64,000 nt of DNA from Chrysomallon squamiferum (GCA_012295275.1 CM022679.1:1178001-1242000), one strand, 5' to 3'. Shown: positions 14,501 through 27,959, counted from the stretch's first letter. Notes: a model not told the origin generated them from the letters alone. A program made the numbers and translations.

Positions 14501-15190
14501 TGACAGCTATTAAAATGGTATTTTCTTTCAAGGTATGTCTATTAACATTAATAACTACATGGTGCTGAATATAAAAACTATCACAGTCAGTTACATACAT
14601 TACTGAACACAGGTGAAAATGCAGACAGCCCAGTAAATGAAGCAAACAAGAACTGATCTAATAACCTACTTTTCCTCACCTGAACATTCTATCATTCAGT
14701 TACCGACTTATTTTTGGCAATTGTTTATATCACTTACAACTGTTATTTTTTTTTTTTTTTTAAATTCATGTTTACATGTTGCTAATATATGACAAGGCAT
14801 TAACAAAGAATAACAAAGCAGTGATTTGTAAGCAAGTTTATATAATATTGTTCTACACAGCTGTACTTGTAGCAGTCTATGAGTGACATGTACAGTGAAA
14901 ACAAACATCAGTGTTTGTATTTTCTACAGTCAAAGATATACATCTTCTGTCAATACTCACATTAGTCTGTTAGTCAAACTATTCCTTATATTTTATGTAA
15001 ATGTATCTAGAAACACTGACAGTTAGTTTCTTCATGAATGGTTATTCCAAGATTAATTTAATATTATATAGTTGTCTAAAAGAAGGAATGTATAAAAAGT
15101 TCTTATATCTACTAGATGTGTATATTTCTGACTAGGGCAGGTATTGTTTGTTTGTTTGTTTTTTTGTTTTTTTAATCCCTCATATTATCA

Positions 15191-15244
<54 letters not shown>

Positions 15245-16697
15245 CATAATAATAATAATAATAATTACAAAGACAGATAAACTGTACACAGTATCAGTAA
15301 CATAAATACGCGTTGAGTTTTCTTTAAACAACTGATTATTCATTAACATAAAAGTCACCTGCAGGTATTAAATTATTAAACTTACCATTCCATTTTGGAT
15401 CTTCTGCTAAAATGTTATCTTTTTCTAAACTGCCTGGGGAACTGCTTGCCACAGAAACTTTGTCCAACACATCCATGGTCTGCAGTTCATGTATATCGTA
15501 CACTGGGGGTCGGAGGTCTAGTGTCCCATGAGCAAAAGCACAGTGTGGTCCGTTTTTAGCACAGTGTCCACGCGAGTCTGTCTCGTACACACACGTCCCA
15601 GTCTTATAGTAGCGTAGATGATATCTTCTTTCTGTGTCCCCTGCAGTCCGGTGTAAAAAGGGGCATCTGGAACAGTCAACAACAATATTAACAAATCTCA
15701 GTATAAACTTATGTATTTTATGTAAATGTGTTATCAATATGTGTGTATGTATACACATTATGAATAAATCATTTATTAATAACTGCATATGGATTACAAA
15801 TTAATGTAAATTATTAATAATTGAATGCATCTGTATCATAAATAAAAGTAATATTGTAAATATATATATATATCATTATATGTTATATTGTTATATTATT
15901 GGTAATGTCTGTAAATACATTACTATGTCTTTAAACACGTACTAGTACTAATATCTGTGCATGCATGTGTGTGTGTATTTTTGAATATACTGTCACTGAA
16001 GAATATCTAAATGATACTTATGTATAAGGTAATTTATTTCTTAAGTGGTACTGCATGAATCTGATTTATATATAACATGAACAGAAACTGGTACACACAA
16101 ATACACAGGTATATGAATTTGACAGATGGCATAAATTTACCGGTAACATTACATTTCCACATCTTTATCTACATATCTTGAAACACACTTGAGCACAAAG
16201 TTATCACGTTATCTTACACTCAGTACTTGTGAAATAAACATAAATAGAAACTTCAAAAATGCTTTTCTAAATGTAAACATGATGTTCAGCATTTCAGATC
16301 ACCACCACTTCGATTCGTTTTATCCCAGTTTCATTTATTATTAAACAAATTAATGACCCTGGATTTCTTTTACTTTAGTAGTTGTAAACAATCTTTTTAT
16401 TCCTCATCCTGTATTAAACCAATGATTAAAATAAACAACACAGCCTCACAATACAGTTTATATCCTTACATTTCATAAATCCATTCCATTTTATAATGGA
16501 AAATAGATTTCATGCATCTATAATGTAAAATGATGATAAAAATAAATTAAGCTGTTTCAGAATGAAAGCAAAAAAGAATTAAATTGCATCGCAGTGTATT
16601 ATGTAGATAAAATAGCTTTTTTAATTTAAATTATTATAAGAATGTTATTAATAAAATAAATATATAATAATTTTATATATGTGTGTGTGTATATATA

Positions 16698-16734
<37 letters not shown>

Positions 16735-17474
16735 ATGTGTGTGTGTGTGTGTGTGCGTATGGCATTATCATTATGTTAGCACCCAAAAAAAGTCACAAAT
16801 CTGATTATATTGGATTTCTGTTACATTTTAATATTTATGTATCTGTCAATATTTCTTTCTATTTTTTATTTTAAAATTTTTGATAAGCTATATTCTGTTT
16901 CATTATTCCAACTGAAAGAACAATACTAGAGTTTTAAATTCTAAGAAAATAGCAATTTAAACAGCATTACAAGACAAAGCCACTCAGATTTACCCATGTT
17001 TTCATTCACCAGCTGAAACTCTGTCACATTTAGCTGGATTAAAATCACTGTTGATGTGTATTGTCTTGTGGCTTGTTTGACCAAAGTTTATTAATGTCAG
17101 ATTATTTTCTGTTTGCTTCTCAGTACAGTCTACAGATCAGGAGTAAGGATAAACGCTGTGCTTCAATCCACTGGAATATTGTTTGATATGTTCTTTCAGG
17201 AACTGGAGGAATGTTTCCCATTCTAACCATGCCCCATAAATTGCAAAATAACACATAATGAATGCTGCTGACAGTAGGTCACCTCTCATGTTACATTATG
17301 TAAAACTATGTCACCAGCGTATCTAACAACACAGTCTTCTCTCTAATAATTTTAAAATATTCATTCTGCCTTTTTCAGTTTTTGTGTAAATAATTTACAT
17401 TTTGTAGAATTTATATTAACATTTATCATTTTTATTTATGTTATTAGTTTAATTTTTTAATTTTTTTATCTGCA

Positions 17475-17548
<74 letters not shown>

Positions 17549-18836
17549 GTCCACAATATTGAATTTCAATTGGACATAATTCAAAATGCTTTTATTTCTG
17601 TATTATTCAAGGAAGTAATATATAATATATATATATATAGACACATAGTGACATACATAAAAATGTTAAAAGCTTTTAAACAGAATACATTTATTTCTTT
17701 TTCTACGATTTCTATACATATATATTGCACTGTTTCATAAAGACTAAAATTAAAGACTTTAATAATTAGTTTAAGTGTCCTCCACAACTGACAGTTGTCA
17801 TGTACATGTACACTAAAAGCAAACGAAGTTCAAGGCCGTGACCTACATTTTACTGCTACAACAGCTGATTTGTTTATTTCTACTCGGTGATAATTATTTT
17901 ATTGATTAGTTCCGCTTAAATAAAATTACTAACTGCATTCATATAATTGGAATTGAATTACAATTTCTCTGTAACTGCTATTAAATAAAAATGTTCTTTG
18001 TTTACTTTCTCTTGCGATAATTTACAAAGCTCATTCCAAAACAATGAAAGCATACCGACATCGTCAGTGGATTCCAGTTACATACTAAACTAAGCGATGT
18101 CATTCACTATTTAAATTGCAGCTGTTTTATAAACATACACTAGCAAAATTCTGAAGTATAATCATGAAGACAAGGACAAGATTAAAGCAAAAAACTGAAT
18201 GAAGAATATCTAAAACGCCGAACTGAGCAAGACAAAATGGCCGCCATGTTTGTTTACATCATGTCAAAAAGTTTACGTCCCAGATTGTTGGTTTTTGACA
18301 GGGACAGTACGGGAAAATATGAAAATTTCGAATATAAAATTAACAACGAATAACGTATCAGCTTCCTGACCTCACTTTCTTTGCATAATCAACATTTGTT
18401 TTTATAAGGAATGCAGTTGCACGTTAATTTCCCACCAAAATTTAAACTTCACTGCTAGAAATGAGTACTTACTCGTCTCCATCGGGGCAAATTCCTGTCG
18501 TTTCATCATATTTGGTACAGTAAATATCCGGGCTATAATTAAAAGATCCTTCCCTCCTTCGAACAGGTCGACGTCTTCTCTGATTTAGAAAATGCCAATG
18601 AAAACAGGTGAAAGGACGGTGCTGTGTGCATTTATGCTGCAGAAATAAGGAACACTGCTGAGTACGAAACTCCTTCAAATACCTGCAAAGAGCACAGTAA
18701 ACAGTTTAAAATAAATTACTTACACTAAATTAATCAAGTGACATTCAAGAAACAGTATGTCATATGCAAAATTTACTTACATATAATGATGAGGTTTTTC
18801 TGTTTGGGTTGTAAGTAACGTAGTTTCCGACGGCAT
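373..18836 (-). CDS. unk: RING finger protein unkempt homolog (tandem CCCH zinc fingers + coiled coil + C3HC4 RING), 15 coding exons, ~828 aa
   Basis: Manual join (minus strand): 18836-18781, 18682-18473, 15666-15386, 13896-13761, 12254-12137, 11313-11229, 10107-9956, 9099-9007, 7961-7806, 5930-5696, 5422-5133, 3754-3509, 2838-2743, 2318-2157, 543-373. All introns GT-AG, phases consistent, total 2487 nt. Unkempt signatures EKPHHYMYLKEFRT, HRPFTCFHWHF, TERRYHLRYYKT, YKTEQCKRPPRLCRQGYACP, EQQFHPEIYKSTKC. Confidence 0.96.
537..1762. repeat. ~30-bp minisatellite made of copies of the unk exon-15 acceptor, with an internal inverted block
   Basis: Unit tattacctgaataaaaacatgtttagtaaac; opposite orientation at ~1200-1345. 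Confidence 0.95.
2157..2318 (-). CDS. unk: unk exon 14 (SLTQSQRMKQEL...HDLDKIDE)
   Basis: tttcag acceptor, GAG|gtaatg donor, 162 nt open frame (different frame from the ORF track entry). Confidence 0.88.
2743..2838 (-). CDS. unk: unk exon 13 (ACEAWKKEAEE...KQRDE), coiled coil
   Basis: tttcag acceptor, GAG|gtcaga donor; ACxAWKKEA conserved. Confidence 0.92.
2921..3180. repeat. (GTA)n degenerate trinucleotide repeat
   Basis: gtagtagta runs in unk intron 12. Confidence 0.9.
3509..3754 (-). CDS. unk: unk exon 12 (HPSSSS...LKEDLIVTKTKLAEWEGVYKQAKG), start of coiled coil
   Basis: ttcttgcag acceptor, GGA|gtacgt donor. Confidence 0.9.
5133..5422 (-). CDS. unk: unk exon 11 (GHALDDLHLEDFDIASLEKE...STGDQ)
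   Basis: ccaccag acceptor; ALDDL motif conserved in Unkempt; donor at 5133 (alternative in-frame donor at 5163). Confidence 0.85.
5696..5930 (-). CDS. unk: unk exon 10 (VKLRQQIQAIENDSSLD...PAFYPAGDTVESVI)
   Basis: ttttcag acceptor, G|gtcagt donor; conserved TVESVI segment. Confidence 0.9.
7020..7365. repeat. ~30-bp minisatellite
   Basis: Unit aaacatacattatcatacatttgtcagttt, ~11 copies. Confidence 0.9.
7806..7961 (-). CDS. unk: unk exon 9 (SVSADVG...GIDREDFQ)
   Basis: ttttcag acceptor, CAG|gtactt donor, 156 nt phase 0-0. Confidence 0.75.
8088..8562. repeat. Compound (GA)n microsatellite with repeated spacer blocks
   Basis: (GA)n runs separated by atgaaagacagaaaggg...gatacagacagacaaacaaagagaaa. 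Confidence 0.95.
9007..9099 (-). CDS. unk: unk exon 8 (EQNGQSS...PIGKERTNSISTNNS)
   Basis: ttttcag acceptor, TCT|gtaagt donor, 93 nt phase 0-0. Confidence 0.78.
9956..10107 (-). CDS. unk: unk exon 7 (low-complexity linker EMTTQRDITL...DHKLE)
   Basis: tttgttacag acceptor in phase 1, GAG|gttagt donor; open frame. Confidence 0.8.
11229..11313 (-). CDS. unk: unk exon 6 (IYKSTKCKDMVQNGYCPRGAFCAFAHVE), last CCCH finger
   Basis: tttcag acceptor, C|gtaag donor. Confidence 0.95.
12137..12254 (-). CDS. unk: unk exon 5 (STPCPNVKHGDEWGDPAQCESGDSCAYCHNRTEQQFHPE)
   Basis: Translated by hand (not in ORF track); ccag acceptor, GAG|gtatc donor. Confidence 0.95.
13221..13776. repeat. 53-bp minisatellite made of copies of the unk exon-4 donor
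   Basis: acctgtattt recurs at 13381, 13434, 13487, 13540, 13593...; last copy overlaps the exon end. Confidence 0.95.
13761..13896 (-). CDS. unk: unk exon 4 (DTNYVLANYKTEQC...SPKTIKY)
   Basis: ttgcag acceptor, AG|gtaaac donor; conserved CKRPPRLCRQGYACPQYHN. Confidence 0.95.
15386..15666 (-). CDS. unk: unk exon 3 (CPFLHRTAGDTERRYHLRYYKT...EDPKWN)
   Basis: ttccag acceptor, G|gtaag donor; CCCH finger CAKNGPHCAFAH. Confidence 0.95.
18473..18682 (-). CDS. unk: unk exon 2 (YLKEFRTQQC...CPDGD), zinc fingers
   Basis: tttgcag acceptor, GA|gtaagt donor; matches ORF 18469-18678. Confidence 0.95.
18781..18836 (-). CDS. unk: unk coding exon 1 (MPSETTLLTTQTEKPHHY)
   Basis: caaaATG start; ends AT|gtaagt; EKPxHY is the conserved Unkempt N-terminal motif. 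Confidence 0.9.
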
Positions 18837-18839
18837 TTT

Positions 18840-18960
18840 GTTGTTGTCAAATAACATGCTTACGCGCAGCAAAAATGCGCATGGCCATTTGATTGGTTGT
18901 TCTAGGCCATGTGATCGGGCTTCCCCGTTCCGGCACCTGTCATTCACAAACAAAATCGAA
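18840..18960 (-). promoter_or_regulatory. Probable unk proximal promoter/5'UTR
   Basis: Locally GC/CpG-richer; CCAAT (minus, ~18892-18896), YY1-like AAATGGCC and NRF1-like ATGCGCA directly upstream of the ATG. Confidence 0.55.
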
Positions 18961-19898
18961 AAAAATAATTTTACAAATATTATTAAAACTGTTTTTCTGT
19001 AACTTTCAACTAATTTGCTTTTTCAGTTATACAAATACTAATCCACTGATCTATTATCACGTGTTACAATGACATGTATCTGTGAATAGAAACTTTTAAT
19101 CAGAAAACCCCCAGTTTCGCTTTCTTTTTCCTGTGAGTCATTGATTATTATTGTTGTTGTTGTTGTCGTTGTTACTGTTATTTTTATTGTTATTATTATT
19201 ATTATTTTAGGTGTATGTATGTGTATATATATGTAATCATGAGCGTTTGTATGTATGGGGACGTAATCACGTATGTTCTATATGTTTGTGTGTGTGTGTG
19301 TGCGCGTGTAGGCATACACACACATGCTCACACACACACACATGTAAAGTGTGTAATTGTATATGAATGCGTCAACGGATGGGCTTACTTTTTGGTATAT
19401 ATGTAGATGTATGTACCTACAATCAGACAGACAGACAGGCCGACAGATATCTATTATTTTGAGTGGAATTGTTTCTATTCATGTATGCATTATGTAATAT
19501 TTTCTTCTTCTTCGTCTTCATTTTGTTTCTAATATACACATGTACATACATACATACATTTGTGTGTGTATATAAATTAAATAATGTGAACATATATTAA
19601 ATAAATGTAAAATAAATAAATAATAAATTTCATAATATATCGTAAAAGAGTCATTTAGGGCTAAAATACAGAAATAAATACTAAAACAAATTATTCTTGA
19701 CCAGTGACAACAACAATAAGAAAGAGGAAAAAATAAGAAAGATAATAAGATTAATGAATTAATAATGCAACAGATTTGCATGAAGAAGAAAGAAGAAAAA
19801 AAGATCTTTCTATCTATCTGTCTATTTATATACACACACATACACAGACACACACACAGACATACACACACACACACACATACACACACACATACACA

Positions 19899-19957
<59 letters not shown>

Positions 19958-20637
19958 CAGTGCCGTATTTAGACTTAGTCGTCTCAGAAAACTTGAAACT
20001 ATGCATATCTTTTAATTATGCGAAGTGAACAATTAAAATTATTTTCAAATGAATATACTAAGTTATTACATTTTAATAATAATCTCTATAATATATTATA
20101 AAATAGTATAACCACCCTGAAAACAATACTTAAATGTAATTTTTAAAATAATTTTAACATTTATTAATATATACACAAAATACTGACAAATAAGAACTCG
20201 TGATCACAGTACTGTATACTGTCCTCGTCACACAATGACGCTAAATGTCAATCTCTTATTAACTGAAAATAAATTTAATAATTTGTAATCTGTCATTATA
20301 GTTTCTTTTTAAAATTAAAATGTAACTTAAATCCATTGTATATAATCTGATAGCATTACCTGAATTAACAGCAAATATAATTTACCTGGTGTGGGGGTGG
20401 GGGGACTGTTCACCATTGGTACAGAACATAATTACATCTGTATTTATATTTCGAATACATTATATGATTTAATGTTGTCAGTAGTTTTGCATTATGTGCT
20501 TGGATAGTTGCTCATCTAATTGTTTCTTGGACGTTTCAGTGTGATTATAGTTATATTGTACAAAGGGAGGCAACTGAGTTTATAACTTTTTGGTTGAAAT
20601 GCGTATTAATGTATCAAAAAAAAAAAAAAAAAAAAAA

Positions 20638-20678
<41 letters not shown>

Positions 20679-21274
20679 TTAAATCAAATTTGATTTGTTC
20701 CTAAATAGCTTATAATCAGTTAATTAATCGGTACTGTTGCAACTTTTCTGATAGATCTTGTGAAACAGTAAAAATAAATAAATACATGTACAGAAAAGTA
20801 GTACAGAATAAATCATAACACATTCACTTGCATCTTTATATTTAACATTACAGTTATCATACAACGAGACAAATCATAGTCTGCCATATCTCTGGGCACT
20901 TGTCACAGTATGCTGAGCGGTATTAGTTAATGCACACCTACTTGGAGAAAGTTACACGCAATTTTCCAATTAATCTATAAAATACAACAGTTATTATACC
21001 ACTACTGATACTGATAATAAAATGAAATGAAAAGTATATTTTATGACAGCATTATCCGGCGGCCTGTGTTTTGTATGTTCTGACATGATTAATTTTCTCA
21101 GACTTGTAGAAGAAAATTCTTTTTTTTTCTTTCTTGTTTATGAGGAAAGGTCTAATAATATTGAATAAAATGTCGTAGATTAGTTTACTGAGGACACACT
21201 CTAAAGAAACAACTACATAATTTATAGTAGGTACTCAAAAGTGAATTAAAAGTGAATTTTCTTTTTCTTTCTTT

Positions 21275-21314
<40 letters not shown>

Positions 21315-23721
21315 TTGATTTTAGAGATATTCGAATGTAATGAATTTTTTAATATTTAATTTTGGGGGGCTCTTGCGCACAACTGCCATTTTGAAGAAAT
21401 CACGATTTTTAATATGTCATACTAACCTTTTTTAACCTCACTTCTTCTTGTACTACAAAAATAGCTTTTATAGCAAAATAATCAGAGTTAAATCATCTAG
21501 AAAATGAAATAGACGGGATAATTTAAAAAGGCTAGTAAAGGCTACATAATAACAAAATGACTTTCTGAGAACCCTTTCCTGCTAACAATAACGTGAATGG
21601 AGCAGAAGCTGAATTTCACTCATATAAGATTTAAGAAGGGACTTTTGACTACATTTTTTTCTGAGAACCTGTTTAAAAGTGGGAGTGGACTTTATGAAGC
21701 GAATGTCAAACCAAGAAGAGAAAGAATAAGGAAATTTATCCTGAGTTATCTACTCTTTTATTTATTATGTACGTAGGATGTTTTCAACCAAGTTTCAAAC
21801 ACAGCAAGCTTAATTTCCCCCAGTAACACTAATTAAACACAATTATTCCATCATCATTTCCAGTATTATTTCCAAGGCATTGCCACAACAGCAGAAAAAA
21901 AAATAGGTTAAATACTACAAAACAAACAATTAGAAGACATTTTTATATCATCAACAACTGAGAAACTGAAACCACTTGACCCTACGTTCCTAGCTTTTTT
22001 GGACATTAGAAAAAAAAATAAAAAACCTGCTCGAAACTTTCCCAGATTTTGTGCTGAAGACCTCCAAGACACATTCTCTAACTGACATTATGCCGAGATG
22101 TGATGTGTCGAAATAACTTTGATGATTTAGTAAACAATGTGGAGGAACAGTCACACAATGTATACGTTATGTATATATCATTTCAACCCAACTTTATTCA
22201 GTTAAATAACAATTTTACGAATTTCAGTCTACGTCTTATGAAAAGAATGATCATTTAACGGACAAACAAGAGACTTCAAACAGAATTCAGGAGGTTCTGG
22301 TTGCAAATTATCTAAACAGCTTTTATACATTTAATTATTAAGTCTTTAACCCATAGATTCTTTATTTATGGAAGCAGATTTGTTTTTATTAAATTTAGAT
22401 GAGAAATATTATTAAACAATGTTTTTAATTTACACGAACAGAAAATCAAACATATTATTCTTTCACTTTATAAACTGTTATTAGGTCATACTCTGAATCC
22501 AAACGTGCTATTTCATTTTAAAACAAAGTAACAGTAATGGTGATACAACAACCACAAGGAAAGCCCTCAAAACCCCAAACAAACAAACAAAAAAAAAAAT
22601 AAATAAATAAAAAATAAAAAATAAAAATAATAAATAAAAAAATAAATAAATAAATAAATAAAAAATAAAAAATAAAAATAATAAATAAATAAATAAATAA
22701 ATAAATAAAAAGTGATAATAAATATTTGAGAATATTTCATAGGAGTGTCGTACAGTGTCAATTATTGCTAAATATTATATAAATTATTCCTCACCAGTAA
22801 TAATAATAATAATAATAACAACAACAACAATAATAATAGTAATAAATAAATTTGACTAATCTATATCTTAAACGCAGCAGCAATGAGTATATTTATATTT
22901 CAAATACATTATTTGATTTAATACTGTCAGTAGTTTTGTATTATTGTGTTGTGATAAAACATTAATAGTTGTTCATTTAATTATTATATTATGTTTCTTT
23001 GACGTTTTAGGATGATTAGAGTTTCACTGGGTAAAGGGAGGCAACTGCACAAAAAGTAATGTTTGCAGCATAAGATGGTTTTCTTATACTGCTTTAATTC
23101 AATTGTGCATTTTGATTGAGAGTTTGAAAACAATTTAAAAAACAATCACTTAAAAAGGTAAAATTATATACTTTGTACTCATCTGAAGTTATTTTTGTAG
23201 GCTGTGTGTTTATCTTAAATACAAACAATAAACTGTATAAACTCGAAACGATTTTTCACGGACACAGATTTTGTACATTTAATTATTATCCTTCTCAGTT
23301 CAGTGTACATGTAATTGTTAATGATACATCATTAAGTCTTTAACCCATAGATATATTATTTTTGGAAGCAGATTTGTTTCGGTTAAATTTGGTTAAGAAA
23401 TATTATTAAACGGTTTATTTATTTATTTTGCCCGAAAAAGCCAAAAAATCTATGGTCTCGTGATATCAGTTTCTCGACTGTTGCTGTGTTCTAAAAATGC
23501 GTTCTAATTGTTTAATCTGTGGTATTTACCTTTTTGTTTAATTTTTCTGCGGCTGTGGCAATCCCAGTGGGGAAAATTAAACTTGATCTGTTTGAAACTA
23601 CATACATAATAAATCATAATATAATAGTCACTCAGGATAAATTTATTTTATTTTATTTTATTTTATTTTATTTTATTTTTTTATTTTATTATTATTTTTA
23701 TTTATATTATTTATTTAATGT

Positions 23722-23763
<42 letters not shown>

Positions 23764-23954
23764 GATTGATGCATAGATGGATACAGTTATATGTACATAT
23801 ACACAGACACACATCAGACACATTATTATCATTATTATTATTATTATTATCATCATCATCATCATCATCATCGTCATAATCAAAATCATCATATGTTATT
23901 ACTGTTATTGTTATTGTTGTTGGTGTTATTATTATTATTATTATTATTATTAAG

Positions 23955-23999
<45 letters not shown>

Positions 24000-24299
24000 G
24001 AGGTTGTACTTTTTAAACTAATAAAATCGACATGTATTACATTTGGTCACTATTACATGTATGTTTATATCTGTGTTTTGCATCACGGAACGAGAGTTAA
24101 GAATCATATTAAAAATCACTGTTTCATGGCATGACTTTTATGCTTACTACAACGATCACACACAACAGAATTGTCTCCCTTGAGCTGTAGACACGCTGTG
24201 TGATTGTTAAAAGAAACGGTTTGTGTTTTACAGTCTTATTCACCAATGAATAAACGTGCTGTTTTACGAGCATGTGTTTGTAGCATACATGAATGGCGC

Positions 24300-24650
24300 A
24301 TGATTTTAATGGTTAAACAGAAGATAGCAAGTGCGATCATATATTTTGTTTATTGACAAAATCAGTGATGGATGATGTTTGGATGGGACGTAATCATAGA
24401 TACGATTAATGGTGGTTTCAAATTATTACAGAGGATCGAACAATATTTCTGGAGTGGGTTATTAAAGAGATTATGTTTAATTGTATTATGCGGTTCTGAT
24501 AAATTCGTTTTGACAAGTCTGTCTGCTGAACAAAATGTGGCTGATATAATTATTATTGACTTAAGACAGCGAGGAAGTTCATTGTCGTATGTAAAGAACC
24601 GCTGCGTCTGCTCGCAGACGTCTCTCAAATCTTCACTTCCGTTCAGTTAG
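24300..24650 (+). other. Candidate non-coding first exon of the plus-strand gene
   Basis: CpG-richer island ending in a perfect donor TAG|gtaagt (24650/24651); 5' boundary uncertain. Confidence 0.45.
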
Positions 24651-25049
24651 GTAAGTGTGTTCAGTAATTTCGCTTCAACAGCAAGTCAAACGTTGTTATT
24701 AACAAAGCATAATGTTAACACATAATTTGAAGACATGCTGTGTTTTAATACTCGTTTATATGTCATTGTTTTGTTGTTTTTTTAAACTGTATTTGATTTT
24801 CTTTTTAATACTGTTCAGTTCTGCAAACTTTTTTGTTTTTTAAACTTTTATATTTTATTATTATTATTCCTTTAATCCAGTTTATATTAATACCTTTTAA
24901 TCTAGTTTTATTTAATATTATTTCGTCCTGTTTGTTTTGATATTTTTGATATTTTTTTTATGTTATTTAACAAATTCATTTAACAGCTAAATGAGATGAA
25001 CACTGATATAATAGGCCACTGTAGTCTGAATCTGTTCTGAAAGCAAAAC

Positions 25050-25265
25050 TCTCATATCATCATAACCCTCATATCATCACAACACTTATATCATCATAAT
25101 CTTTAAATCATTATAACACATATCATCATCACACTTATATCATCATAACCCTCATGTCATCATAATCCTAATATCATAGCCATTATATCATTATAACCTT
25201 CATATCATCATAACACTCATATCACTACAACCCTCATAGCACTTATAAATCATATTCCTCATGTC
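25050..25265. repeat. Degenerate ~17-bp minisatellite
   Basis: catatcatcataaccct-like units. Confidence 0.8.
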
Positions 25266-25870
25266 ATATCATTTCCAAATGAGAAAAATGACATCAAAGA
25301 TTCAATATGATTTTCTTAAAATGTACAAAAAATGGCAGCACTATTCACAAGTTTGACATCACAGAAACAATGTTTTTGTCTTGTATAAAATCATAAATCA
25401 TAAAACTGTAAATCATCACTGATGCATGTGTAATTCTTCCATGATGTGACCTCAAGTTTCTGTAAAATGTCCAACAGCTGGCAATGCAATGATGGAGAAA
25501 TTGTAAGCTGTTTCTTTATGATTTCAACATAGACTTTTATTTGTTTTTTGTTTTTATTCTTAACAAAGGGAAATCTTATTTTATTAAAAGTGTATTGATT
25601 GTGTGTCCAGTCTGTGAACTTACTGATTGGTTTTCAAGTCATTTCAGAGTCTGACTCATAAATAAATAATAAATTAATGTCGCTCAGCAGATGTTGGGAA
25701 ATGGATTTGTTGACTTGAAGGGAAATATTATTGTGTTTGGAAATATTAAAAATGTTGTGAGAGATCTTGGTGATTTCTTTGCTAAAGAAAATTATTAGAA
25801 AATTGATTTGCTGAAAATGTTCTTAGACAGATCATTTTCTATATTTCTTAGATCATTTTCTGTCTTTATT

Positions 25871-25942
<72 letters not shown>

Positions 25943-26420
25943 GGGAAATGAGTTTTCATTTAGCATGGTTTTGTACTTTGTACATTTTATCATAGGTTTT
26001 TTTTTGTTTATTGGTTTTTTTCCTGGCTATTTTAAACTTGCTTAATCTGAGAGCAAGACTTCTTCCACTTCATGTTGCAGATCTGACTTACAGAGGTTAA
26101 CATACATGAATAGAAAAAAAGAACCTAAAACATTCACTTAGCAAAATGATCCTCTCCTGGTAACTTTAGATTGCACCTTGACAAGTCAAAAAAAAAAAAA
26201 AAAAAAAATTGAAAATGAAATAAAATAAAATGTTTCCTGTCTGAGTCTAAAACTGATTTTGTCTTAATATTTTAATATTATTGTTACTTTTCCTTCTTTT
26301 TTTCTTTCATTATTTTCTTTCATTTCATTTCATTTTATTTTATTTTATTTATTTATTAACTTATTTACTTATTTTATTTCAATTAACATTATTTTATTTA
26401 TTATTATTATTATTATTATC

Positions 26421-26470
<50 letters not shown>

Positions 26471-27329
26471 TTTTTTTTTTTTTTTTTTTTTTACTTCAGA
26501 TTTATAAAATTTGGACAATTACGTTTTATTCCTATTTACACAGGTTCTTTAATTTCTAATTTATTTATCACAGTGAAAGGAGGTGATATATAATCCACTG
26601 GGTAGAAAATGTAGTATATCACTTATATACATTCTAAATACTGCAGTTTGACAATAATGAATTACAACAAGTAAACAAAACATTCACAGTGGCACACACT
26701 AAATTAACAAAGTCTGTAGCTAAGGGGAATTACTCTGTTTATACATTCCATTATTGTCAAGAGCTTTTCTTTTTAAACTTTTAAAAATTTCATTTTTTTA
26801 ATTTTATTTTTTATTATAATAATTTGATGATTTGACATTAAATTTATTTATTTTTTATATATATATATATTTTGTTTTAGATGTTTTTAGACGTCAATTT
26901 TCTATAATAATTATTATTGTTTTATAGTTTATTGTTCTTGTACACACACAGTAATATATATACATGTGTTCTTTTTTCTGTTCTTGTCTCTTTATTATTA
27001 TTATTATTAAAAATCTATTTTTTAATTTATTTTTTTACTCATTTTTTCTCATTTATTTGTTTATTTATTAACAACCAATATTTCTTATTACACTGCTCAG
27101 TTTATTTGCTATTTCTACATTTCAGTGACACCTTATCAGAGAAGATTTTCACCTCAGATTTGTTTACATAATTACTTAGCTTGAACAAACCTTTCTCTGT
27201 AGATCATATCAATGAAACCTTAGCAGACATTTTCTCAGTCTAAATCTTATCTTGTTTATCTTTCATTCCAGGATTTTTCACTTTTCTTTCTCTAACAGAT
27301 TAGAAAGGAGTTTTGTACAGAATGTAAGG

Positions 27330-27959
27330 CAGGGGCAGATCCAGGTGGGGTTTGAGGGGGTGTTGACTTCTGCTGTTCATGATTAATGAAAAATATGTTT
27401 TCACTCATTTTGAAGTGTCTGTTCATACTTGGAAAGAAAAAAAAAAAAAAAAAAAAAGAAAAGAAAGAAAGAAAAGAAATAACAGGTTTTCTCTTTAATC
27501 TCATTCAGATCATAGGTATGTAGATTTATTCAACTGATACTGTCTACTTTATAAAGCAGAGTTTGTTGTTAGAACATTTCTTGATGTGTGATAAGTCACA
27601 GGGTCACTTCTCCATAGTGTCCACATTAAGGTGTGTATAAATACCATACATATACATACAAACAATTACACACACACATACACTCAGAGAGACATACATA
27701 CACACACACTCTCAGACATACATATATACACAGACACTGACATATACACACATATACACACACACATACACACACAAATATAAATATTTGTGTGAGTTTA
27801 TAATGTGTATGTGTATCTACATATGCATGTATACATGTGTGTATCTACATATGCATGTATACATGTTTTCAGCATTCATTCATTAACACTAACCTTAAAC
27901 GTTTAGTTTACAAATCATGGTTAGCTGCCCCTCTGTGAAAGCTGGTGGATCCAGCCCTG
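27330..27959. mobile_element. Possible degenerate MITE / non-autonomous DNA element
   Basis: Imperfect inverted ends caggggcagatccag ... tggatccagccctg; no coding capacity; no clear TSD. Confidence 0.35.
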
